Assembly (NCBI GenBank): GCA_041308165.1 | Contig: JBFZCB010000001.1 | Coordinates: 1 to 54,796 of the forward strand | DNA length: 54,796 bases | Source: Caulobacterales bacterium | GTDB taxonomy: Bacteria; Pseudomonadota; Alphaproteobacteria; Caulobacterales; Caulobacteraceae | Reading direction: 5' to 3' | Part shown: positions 29,775 through 37,097 of the stretch, one piece after another | How positions within the stretch are numbered: position 1 is the first letter of the stretch | How the letters are laid out: every line of letters starts with the position of its first letter | Notes under the pieces: model-generated | Told to the model about the DNA's origin: nothing | The model's database searches: none | What the model saw: only the letters and a program-made list of their open reading frames with translations | Program-made: the position numbers and the translations under genes

Positions 29775-30128
29775 GTGGCCGAGATTTCCGATATTTCATG
29801 GATCTGCCGAGCTCGGCCAGGGCGACTGATAAGACCTTGGGAGCCTGAGGCCAGGGCCGACAATGCTCTGGCGGGCAGGGTTTGGGAAAGAACGCCGTGT
29901 TGGCAGTATCCTTCAACAGATACCGGATCCGGTTTCGTGACACTGAGTTGCGTTGGGACCGCATAGGGTTCTGTTGAACAGTGTCTGATCGAAGCCGAGT
30001 ACCCACCGCGTGAGGGGTTTGGACGCGCCGCCCTTCGCGCTGCAGAACGGTCCCGGCTTGAGCCCTCCAGTGACGGCGAGCCAAGCCTGATCGTGTACCG
30101 CTCGACCTTCTATCTCGACGGGTTTTAA
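29775..30128 (+). pseudogene. TonB C-terminal-domain-like ORF interrupted by TAG at 29964-29966
   Basis: Read-through translation is WERTPCWQYP...GFVTLSCVGTA*GSVEQCLIEAEYPPREGFGRAALRAAERSRLEP...YRSTFYLDGF. This matches the Caulobacterales TonB_C pattern (YP..G.V.L.C...dG....C....E.P...GFG.AAL). Confidence 0.7.
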
Positions 30129-30411
30129 CCTGATCGCCGTCCGGATGTCCCGACCGGCTCACATCTGGATGTGTCTAGTCCCGACGGCTGATCAAGGAGA
30201 CGGATACTCTCCCAAGGGCACCTGCAGGCATGGAGGGGGCAAAAGATGCATAGGTTCTAAAGATGCGGCTTTCTTGTCTGCGTCTGCTCACCACACCTAA
30301 CCCAGAATACGGGTCTAGGGGGTCATGACTGAACAACACGACGCTCTCGCGTTTGCTAGGAGTTGAAACGACGCTAGGCGCACGATAAGAGCGGGGCGCG
30401 CTAGCGCCTGT

Positions 30412-30496
30412 GCGGGTGTGGTGGAATTGGTAGACGCGCTGGACTCAAAATCCAGTTCCGAGAGGAGTGCCGGTTCGACCCCGGCCACCCGCACCA
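30412..30496 (+). tRNA. tRNA-Leu (anticodon CAA)
   Basis: Acceptor GCGGGTG/CACCCGC-ACCA, D-loop GGAATTGGTAGAC, anticodon arm CTGGA-CTCAAAA-TCCAG, long variable arm, GGTTCGACCCC. Confidence 0.97.
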
Positions 30497-30605
30497 ACAT
30501 TGGTCAGTCTGGCAGGCCATGGCTCTTTGGCGTCAGTTGTTCTGTCCAGACAGCCCTTCAGACTCGGTCTTAAGTAACGGTATCGACACGCCCAGCCTTC
30601 AATAG

Positions 30606-30642
30606 CCTTGCAAAAATGGATTCCTTATCCATAAATGCAAGG
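30606..30642 (+). promoter_or_regulatory. Inverted repeat overlapping a putative promoter directly at the ATPase start codon
   Basis: CCTTGCA-aaa-ATGGA-N7-TCCAT-aaa-TGCAAGG then ATG. It contains TTGCAA-N17-ATAAAT. Confidence 0.6.
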
Positions 30643-31809
30643 ATGATTGAACGCCGCATCACGTCTGAGCTCGACGTCCTTATGGACAGTATGCCTGCCG
30701 TGGCGCTGCTCGGCCCGCGCCAGGTCGGCAAGACCACGCTCGCCCTTATGATGGGGGAGCGTAGGCCGTCGATCTACCTCGATCTCGAATCCGACGCCGA
30801 CCGCGCCAAGCTCACTGAGCCCGAACTCTATCTCGCGCAACATGAAGACAAGCTCGTGATCCTCGACGAGGTTCATAGGCTGCCGAACCTTTTCCAGAAC
30901 CTTCGCGGCCTCATCGACAGTGGACGGCGCAAGGGATTGAGGTCTGGACGGTTCCTGCTCTTGGGTTCCGCCTCTGTAGACCTCCTGAGGCAATCCGGGG
31001 AAAGCCTAGCCGGCCGGATCGCCTATTTGGAGATGCGGCCCCTAGACGGGCTGGAGGTTCCAGCCGGAGACATCGGCCGGCTGTGGGCGCGCGGCGGCTT
31101 TCCGGACAGCTTCTTGGCCCCAAACGACGGCGTTAGCCGGCGCTGGCGGCAGGATTTCATCCGCACCTATCTCGAGCGCGATATTCCCCAACTAGGCCCT
31201 CGCATCCCTGCCGAAACACTGCGGCGCTTCTGGACTATGCTGGCCCACCATCAGTCCGGCCTGCTGAACGCGGCCGATTTCGCGCGTTCTCTGGGTGTGG
31301 ACGGCAAGACGGTCGCAACTTATCTGGACCTGCTCGTTGATCTGTTGCTGGTACGACGGCTTGAGCCCTGGCACGCAAACACGGGAAAGCGGCTGGTGAA
31401 GTCGCCGCGAGTTTATGTCCGCGACAGCGGTCTAACCCATGCCCTACTCGGGTTGGCGACCCTGGAGGATGTGCTCGGCCACCCGGTCGCTGGCGCGACT
31501 TGGGAAGGTTTCGTGATCGAAACCTTGATTGCGGCCGCGCCGCAGGGAAGCCAGGCAAACTTCTATCGCACCTCGGCCGGTGCCGAGATCGATCTCGTCC
31601 TCACCTTGGCCGGCGGTCGACGCTGGGCAATCGAGATCAAGCGCAGCGTCACCCCCAAGGTGGAACGGGGCTTCCACTTAGCCTGCGAGGATATCGCGCC
31701 TGAACAGAGATTCATCGTCTATCCGGGCGAAGAGGCCTATCCGCTCAATGACTTCATCCAGGTGATCAGCCTGCCAGACCTCGCACAGCGGCTTGTGGAG
31801 CAAAATTAA
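30643..31809 (+). CDS. ATP-binding protein, AAA_14 plus DUF4143 type with a C-terminal PD-(D/E)xK-like motif
   Basis: Walker A GPRQVGKTT, Walker B VILDEVH, LLGSAS, GESLAGR, RGGFP, KSPRVYVRDSG, EIDLV...AIEIK. Confidence 0.9.
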   Translation: MIERRITSELDVLMDSMPAVALLGPRQVGKTTLALMMGERRPSIYLDLESDADRAKLTEPELYLAQHEDKLVILDEVHRLPNLFQNLRGLIDSGRRKGLRSGRFLLLGSASVDLLRQSGESLAGRIAYLEMRPLDGLEVPAGDIGRLWARGGFPDSFLAPNDGVSRRWRQDFIRTYLERDIPQLGPRIPAETLRRFWTMLAHHQSGLLNAADFARSLGVDGKTVATYLDLLVDLLLVRRLEPWHANTGKRLVKSPRVYVRDSGLTHALLGLATLEDVLGHPVAGATWEGFVIETLIAAAPQGSQANFYRTSAGAEIDLVLTLAGGRRWAIEIKRSVTPKVERGFHLACEDIAPEQRFIVYPGEEAYPLNDFIQVISLPDLAQRLVEQN

Positions 31810-31953
31810 GCCTGAGTGGCACCGTCATCTGCCTCCCTGTCGGCCTCGCCGAATACGCCGAAGTGCCACTTGTCCGTCGTCAGAACATTTGGCGCAGATG
31901 ACGGCATAGACTAGCGGAGTACGGGCCTCGTCTGGGGGTTGGCTCTAGGATGA

Positions 31954-31996
31954 ATCGCCTATTTGGATATCCGGCCCTTAGACGGGCTGGTGGTTC
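31954..31996 (+). repeat. 43-nt direct near-repeat of 31018-31060
   Basis: 39 of 43 positions identical, ungapped, to an internal segment of the ATPase gene. Confidence 0.9.
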
Positions 31997-32202
31997 AGGA
32001 CCGAGCGGGATTCAGGCATCTTCAGTTCTGGAACTACACCTATGAACGGTGCCGGCTCCTGGCTGAGAGTGGTACGACCCTTGGCTTCAGTGGCCAACCG
32101 CTTGGCGTCATCGCGTTTGACGAAGCTCTCGTTTATAGGGAGGCCCTTCCATTGGAGCTACACCGGCCAGGATCCTGACGGGAGTCTCGAATACGTCGCC
32201 AT
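31978..32202 (-). pseudogene. N-terminal remnant of a tyrosine integrase (dusA-associated integrase type)
   Basis: MATYSRLPSGSWPV*LQWKGLPINESFVKRDDAKRLATEAKGR..., with TAG at 32158-32160. It resembles the MAT..KLPSG.WR.QVRRKG....SF..R.DA..WA.E.E integrase N-terminus and lies divergent from dusA. Confidence 0.75.
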
Positions 32203-32314
32203 TTCGTGTGCGCTCTGTGGGCACTGAGGTGTCGAAAACCCGGAATAAACGCCACAACACGTCGTAGATTTCAATGCACATGCCGCCCACCAACTCTCTG
32301 GTTTTGATGAACTA

Positions 32315-33367
32315 ATGTTGACAAACCAAGATCGTAGGCTGTCCGTGGCCCCGATGATGGACTGGACAGACCGGCACTGCCGAGCGTTTCACCGCACATT
32401 GTCATCACGCGCCCTGCTCTATACCGAAATGGTCACGGCTCCCGCTGTCATCCATGGCGACCGTGATCGGCTTCTGGGCTTTGATGCCGTAGAGCACCCG
32501 GTCGCCCTGCAGCTTGGCGGATCGGATCCGGACCAACTGGCCGAGGCGGCCCGCATCGGGGCAGGCTACGGTTATGACGAGATCAATCTGAATGTCGGTT
32601 GCCCATCTGACCGCGTTCAATCCGGCCGGTTTGGTGCCTGCCTCATGCGTGAACCCGAGCTTGTAGCTGAATGCATGGATGCGATCTGCAAGGCTGTTGA
32701 GGTACCGGCAACCGTCAAGTGTCGCATCGGCGTCGACGATCAGGACCCCACGATCAGTTTGTTCGCTACCGTAGATGCCTGTGCAGATGTCGGGGTCAGC
32801 ACCTTCATTGTGCATGCCCGAAAGGCCTGGCTCCAGGGCCTGTCCCCGAAGGAAAATCGGGATATCCCGCCGCTCGATTATGGCCTGGTAAAGCAGCTCA
32901 AACGCGAGCGACCCCATCTTTGCATCAGCATCAACGGCGGCATCACTGATCTGAACCAGGCGCTCGACCTGCTTTCACACGATAACGATGGCCTGGCACT
33001 GGACGGTGTCATGTTGGGGCGGGCCGCCTATCATGAGCCTGCCCTTCTGGGTGAAGTTGACCGGCGCATGTTCGGAGAGACAGCAGACGACGTCGATCCC
33101 TTCGAAGCCATCGAACGCTACCGGCCCTACCTCAAGGCGAGGCTTGAGGAGGGAGTCGGACTGGCCAGTATGACCCGGCACATGCTCGGGCTGATGCATG
33201 CCCGGCCTGGAGCGCGCAGCTTTCGGCGTATCCTCACGGTCGAGTCTATTCGCAAGGGCGCAGGACTGGAAGTGATTGATCGTGCCGTCGACGCAGTCCG
33301 CGAAGCCGGGGTTCGCCATTCAAACAGCCCGCAATCCGATCCGGCGGAGGTGTTGGCAGACTTCTGA
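32315..33367 (+). CDS. dusA: tRNA dihydrouridine(20/20a) synthase DusA
   Basis: SVAPMMDWTDRHCR, QLGGSDP, NLNVGCPSDRVQSGRFGACLM, VHARKAWL.GLSPKENR. Confidence 0.96.
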   Translation: MLTNQDRRLSVAPMMDWTDRHCRAFHRTLSSRALLYTEMVTAPAVIHGDRDRLLGFDAVEHPVALQLGGSDPDQLAEAARIGAGYGYDEINLNVGCPSDRVQSGRFGACLMREPELVAECMDAICKAVEVPATVKCRIGVDDQDPTISLFATVDACADVGVSTFIVHARKAWLQGLSPKENRDIPPLDYGLVKQLKRERPHLCISINGGITDLNQALDLLSHDNDGLALDGVMLGRAAYHEPALLGEVDRRMFGETADDVDPFEAIERYRPYLKARLEEGVGLASMTRHMLGLMHARPGARSFRRILTVESIRKGAGLEVIDRAVDAVREAGVRHSNSPQSDPAEVLADF

Positions 33368-33471
33368 GCCGACCACGCTGCCACCGAGCGTTGCCGGCAG
33401 GGTGGATCGGCTCAAGTGTTCATTAAGCCTGTTGGGGGACTGTGTCGGCGACCCTACTCGGAGCCTTCCCC

Positions 33472-34149
33472 ATGTTACGCCCTGTTCTCGCTGCTGGCGC
33501 TGCAGCTTGCGCCCTTTGCGCCTCACCCGTGCTGGCCCAGACCAGCGGCGAACCCGCCATCGCCCTCGGTGGCCAGGTCGGAACCACCGGGGCGGGCCTT
33601 GAAGTCCAGGTCTCGGTGGGACCGATGTTTGTCCTGCGCGGTGCCGTGGACACACTGGGTTTCGACCTCGACGAGACTTTTGATGATGTAGACTATTCTG
33701 GAAGGCTGGACTTCGACACGGTCGGGGCGTTCGTGGATCTTCACCCCTTGGCTAACGGCTTCTTCGTCTCTGGCGGAGCCTATCTCGGCCAGCGAAAGGT
33801 CAGCCTTACGGCTACCCCCGCAGCACCAGTCAACATCGGAGGCCAGTCTTTTACGCCTGAACAGGTCGGGAGCCTGAACGGCGAGGTCAGCCTCAAAACG
33901 CTTGCACCCTTTGTCGGTCTCGGCTTTGACAATACCTTTACCCGTACCTCGCGCTGGGGCTTTCGGGCCCTGGCTGGCGTCGCCTGGAGTGACGAACCGG
34001 AGGTCGATCTCGACGCCAGCGGTGGCACCTTGTCCAATGATCCGGCCTTTCGCGCGCGTCTCGCCGAGGAGAGAGCCTCAATTCAATCCGATGTAGAGGA
34101 TTACGGCTTCTATCCGGTCTTTCAGCTGGGTCTGAACTACAAGTTCTGA
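33472..34149 (+). CDS. Outer-membrane beta-barrel protein
   Basis: Signal peptide ending VLA-Q, GTTGAGLE motif, amphipathic strands, C-terminal LGLNYKF. Confidence 0.75.
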   Translation: MLRPVLAAGAAACALCASPVLAQTSGEPAIALGGQVGTTGAGLEVQVSVGPMFVLRGAVDTLGFDLDETFDDVDYSGRLDFDTVGAFVDLHPLANGFFVSGGAYLGQRKVSLTATPAAPVNIGGQSFTPEQVGSLNGEVSLKTLAPFVGLGFDNTFTRTSRWGFRALAGVAWSDEPEVDLDASGGTLSNDPAFRARLAEERASIQSDVEDYGFYPVFQLGLNYKF

Positions 34150-34171
34150 TCTCACAGGCCTAAGGAGAGGC

Positions 34172-34996
34172 ATGACAGATCTGCCTCTCAACGCACTCCT
34201 CTCCCTGCTGACGGCGGTGGTCGCCGCCGGTTTGTTCGGCGGACTCGTTGCCGGGTTGTTCGGCGTTGGTGGCGGAACTGTGCTTGTTCCTGTCCTCTTT
34301 TACGCCTTCGCCACCCTTCAGCTGGGTGGCGAGGGCAACCTGCATGTCGCAGTTGGCACCTCCCTTCTGACCATTGTTGCGACATCCTGGCGCTCGCTAA
34401 AGGCCCATCGAACCCACGGTGCCGTGGATGAAGCCGTTCTCAAGGCCTGGACCCCCTGGATCGCGGCGGGTGCCCTGGCAGGAGCCGCAGTCGCGGGCTT
34501 CACGTCCATGGGCGGCCTTGCCATTGTCTATGGTCTCTGCCTCGGGATCGTCGCGGCCCAGATGGGCCTACTCCCCGAGCGGGCAACCCTGGCCAGCGAT
34601 CTGCCCGTGGGTTGGATGCGACGGATACTGGGCAGTTTGATTGGAGGCCTGTCAGCCATGATGGGCGTAGGCGGTGGTAGTCTTGGCGGGATGATGATGG
34701 TCCTATGCGGACGTCCTACCCATCAGGCCATTGCGACTGCCTCTGGATTTGGCATTGCCATTGGCCTGGCCGCGATGGTTGGCTTCATCGTCTTCGGGTG
34801 GCAAGCCCCGGGCCGGCCGCCCCTGTCCCTGGGCTATGTCAATGTCCCAGCTGCAGTCGTCATGGGAATCCTGACGACCCTGGTTGCGCCTTGGGGTGCA
34901 AAACTCGCCCACAGCCTGGACCGACGCGTGCTCCGGAAGGCCTTTGCCCTCTATCTGGTCTGCGCGGCTGGACTGGTAGTCTTTAAGGCGATCTAG
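34172..34996 (+). CDS. Sulfite exporter TauE/SafE family protein
   Basis: AGLFGVGGG..LVP, AVGTSL, MGVGGG, AIATA, multiple TM helices. Confidence 0.9.
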   Translation: MTDLPLNALLSLLTAVVAAGLFGGLVAGLFGVGGGTVLVPVLFYAFATLQLGGEGNLHVAVGTSLLTIVATSWRSLKAHRTHGAVDEAVLKAWTPWIAAGALAGAAVAGFTSMGGLAIVYGLCLGIVAAQMGLLPERATLASDLPVGWMRRILGSLIGGLSAMMGVGGGSLGGMMMVLCGRPTHQAIATASGFGIAIGLAAMVGFIVFGWQAPGRPPLSLGYVNVPAAVVMGILTTLVAPWGAKLAHSLDRRVLRKAFALYLVCAAGLVVFKAI

Positions 34997-35535
34997 GGCC
35001 TGAGGGTAAGGGCCGTCGGTGTGGCCTCAAAGGCTGAGAGCCTCCCCAAGTAGCTCATGCCGAGAAGGGATTGGCCAAGGCCGGCTTCAATAACGAGCGC
35101 ATCAACATTCTCGACGCGGGCACCCGCGACCGCAACCGAGTCCAGGGACACTCTTGCCGCCCTTGCACTGCCTGACGCGGTATTGACCGTGCTGGTGAAG
35201 TCCTCGGATTCAAGACGAAGGCCCAGGCGAAGGGCATCCTCCCGGGTCAGTGCCACCACACTGGCCCCTGTATCGACCAGAACCCTGATCGCACTTCCAT
35301 CAATCATTGCCTCGGCCCAGTAGTGGCCATCTGCAGAGCGTATGATCTGGCCCGGGCGGCCCGTTGCAGGGGCAGCCGCAGGCTTGGAGCTATACTCTCC
35401 TGATGCCCTGGAAAGCGCCGTGGCCCCCTGGGCGTCACCGCGCTCGTTCCCATGGTTCATCCATAGGCCCAAGCTCAGTGCGCAGGCTGTGGCAACGACA
35501 ACAACGCCGGCAGATTTGAAATCAAAAAGGCTCAT
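34993..35535 (-). CDS. TIGR02281-type clan AA aspartic protease (PerP-like)
   Basis: DGHY, LVDTGAS, TASG, SLLGMSYL, N-terminal membrane anchor. Confidence 0.88.
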   Translation of the reverse strand: MSLFDFKSAGVVVVATACALSLGLWMNHGNERGDAQGATALSRASGEYSSKPAAAPATGRPGQIIRSADGHYWAEAMIDGSAIRVLVDTGASVVALTREDALRLGLRLESEDFTSTVNTASGSARAARVSLDSVAVAGARVENVDALVIEAGLGQSLLGMSYLGRLSAFEATPTALTLRP

Positions 35536-35618
35536 TCAACTTCATTGGGAGCGACGACGCTTCTGTCGTTGGACCCATAATGCATGACGAGCGTTCGTTT
35601 GAGGTGAAGCGAGATGGC

Positions 35619-35873
35619 TTACGGGAGGTTACCAGCAAGCTTGGAAGGCGCGATGCGTCCTCGCCGGGCCTGAAGGCCGTTCATGATGACCTCACGTTCG
35701 TTTTCGCTCATCTGGCTCCAACTGCCGATTTCGGAAAGGCTACGAAAACAGCCAAGACAAAGGCCCGATGGTCCATCCACGATACAGACCTGCACACAGG
35801 GCGACGTCACGGTGCGGGACTTGGCAGATGGCAATGCGGGACCAGAGGCCGCAGCTACATGACGATTAGACAA
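35619..35873 (-). CDS. DUF1289 family Cys-rich protein
   Basis: SPCVQVC.......CLGCFRSL.EI..W. The start is uncertain. Confidence 0.85.
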   Translation of the reverse strand: MSNRHVAAASGPALPSAKSRTVTSPCVQVCIVDGPSGLCLGCFRSLSEIGSWSQMSENEREVIMNGLQARRGRIAPSKLAGNLP

Positions 35874-35900
35874 AAACTACTCCGGTAACTGACTAAAAAC

Positions 35901-35929
35901 TTGCATTTCGACGCCTTTTAAGCTAGACC
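35901..35929 (+). promoter_or_regulatory. Putative housekeeping promoter of the small ORF
   Basis: TTGCAT...GCTAGACC, close to the Caulobacter -10 consensus GCTANAWC. Confidence 0.5.
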
Positions 35930-36018
35930 AGACATGACGCGAACCGACTGAGAGGGTGAGAGCCCCCACAAGCACGACGTGTCTCTTTTCATCGCTCAGC
36001 GAAAGGAGACATCAAAAG

Positions 36019-36174
36019 ATGAACGATAAGGACCGCAACCTCCAGCATGCCCTGACCTCATTTGCTTTCTGGGGCGGGATGCTTGTGAATTCTAGTCGGC
36101 CTGCCCGCGCGAATGACCGCGTGGTCAGCCATCCTTCGAACTTCGTGCCGATCGAGATAAAGCGGCCACGCTGA
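36019..36174 (+). CDS. Small 51-aa hypothetical protein
   Basis: Strong AAAGGAG RBS before ATG 36019, an upstream promoter-like sequence and a downstream terminator. Confidence 0.65.
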   Translation: MNDKDRNLQHALTSFAFWGGMLVNSSRPARANDRVVSHPSNFVPIEIKRPR

Positions 36175-36226
36175 CCGTTCTGCAACAGGCCCTGTCCACA
36201 CGCCAAAATTGCGCCTTGCACGTGCG

Positions 36227-36258
36227 AGCCCCGGCCCCGAAAAGGACCGGGGCTTTTT
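36227..36258 (+). terminator. Rho-independent terminator
   Basis: AGCCCCGG...CCGGGGCT stem followed by TTTT. Confidence 0.8.
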
Positions 36259-36276
36259 GTAATGGCGAGACATGTG

Positions 36277-37092
36277 ATGGCAGGATTGATCGAGCAGGAC
36301 ATGCACCATCACCCGGGTGGCGGGACAATCGCCATCTGGACCTTCAGCCGACCCGAGCGCCTGAATGCCTTGCCCGACCTCACAGACGGCGAAGAGGTCG
36401 CCTCCCTGTGCGAGGCCATCAATGGTGACCGGTCGGTCCGATGCGTCATTCTAACCGGAGCAGGGCGAGCCTTTTCTGCCGGTGGGGATCTGACCGCCAT
36501 GCGGGATCGACGCGATCTCTTCGAGGGTTCCGGCAGTGCCATCCGGGAACGTTACCGACGGATCGTTCATCGCATAGTGAGGGCCCTCTATGGTCTAGAG
36601 GTGCCGCTTATAGCGGCGGTGAACGGTCCAGCTATGGGTCTGGGCTGTGATATCGCAGGTCTCGCCGATCTCAGGATCGCATCTGATCGTGCTCGGTTCG
36701 GCACCCCCTTCCTCAAGCTCGGGATCATCGCTGGTGATGGCGGCTCCTGGCTCCTGCCCCGCAACGTGGGCTATATCCGTGCTGCAGAGATGCTGTTCAC
36801 TGCCCGCACACTGGACGCCTCAACGGCACTGGACTGGGGTCTGGTCAATCAGGTGGTCCCGCATGATCACCTCATGAAGGCAGCCCTTGAAATGGCCAGC
36901 CAAGTAGCGTCCCAGCCTCCGACGGCTCTTCGAATGTCAAAGGCCCTCCTGCGGCAGGGACGTGAAGCCAGCCTTGATCAGATACTGGAGATGTCAGCCG
37001 CTATGCAGGCCCTGGCTCACCTGACCGACGATCACCTTGAGGGCGTCAATGCTGTGCTCGAAAAGCGCCCGGGTCTCTTCAACGGCGACTGA
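36277..37092 (+). CDS. Enoyl-CoA hydratase/isomerase (crotonase) family protein
   Basis: RPERLNAL, AFSAGGDL, PLIAAVNGPAMGLGCD, GDGGSWLLPR. Confidence 0.92.
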   Translation: MAGLIEQDMHHHPGGGTIAIWTFSRPERLNALPDLTDGEEVASLCEAINGDRSVRCVILTGAGRAFSAGGDLTAMRDRRDLFEGSGSAIRERYRRIVHRIVRALYGLEVPLIAAVNGPAMGLGCDIAGLADLRIASDRARFGTPFLKLGIIAGDGGSWLLPRNVGYIRAAEMLFTARTLDASTALDWGLVNQVVPHDHLMKAALEMASQVASQPPTALRMSKALLRQGREASLDQILEMSAAMQALAHLTDDHLEGVNAVLEKRPGLFNGD

Positions 37093-37097
37093 ACCGG

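Larger units (their letters stand above)
30497..32314. mobile_element. Degraded genomic islet between tRNA-Leu and dusA
   Basis: An accessory ATPase gene, gene debris and an integrase remnant lie between two known integration hotspots. The boundaries are inferred. Confidence 0.6.

Noticed and set aside
29964..29966. Pyrrolysine or genome-wide TAG recoding
   Set aside because: TAG is a normal stop for many genes here (e.g. 1514, 9718, 17889), and no pyl genes are present.
29749..30162. 137-aa minus-strand ORF
   Set aside because: Arg/Ser/Pro-rich shadow of the TonB-like frame on the plus strand.
31018..31996. Repeat pair as a diversity-generating retroelement TR/VR
   Set aside because: Three of the four mismatches are at A only on the antisense strand of the copy. 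The repeat is just 43 nt, lies mid-gene, and there is no reverse transcriptase in the window.
31963..32293. Short ORFs 31963-32178(+), 32042-32227(+) and 32108-32293(-)
   Set aside because: They are better explained as alternative frames over the integrase remnant and the ATPase fragment.
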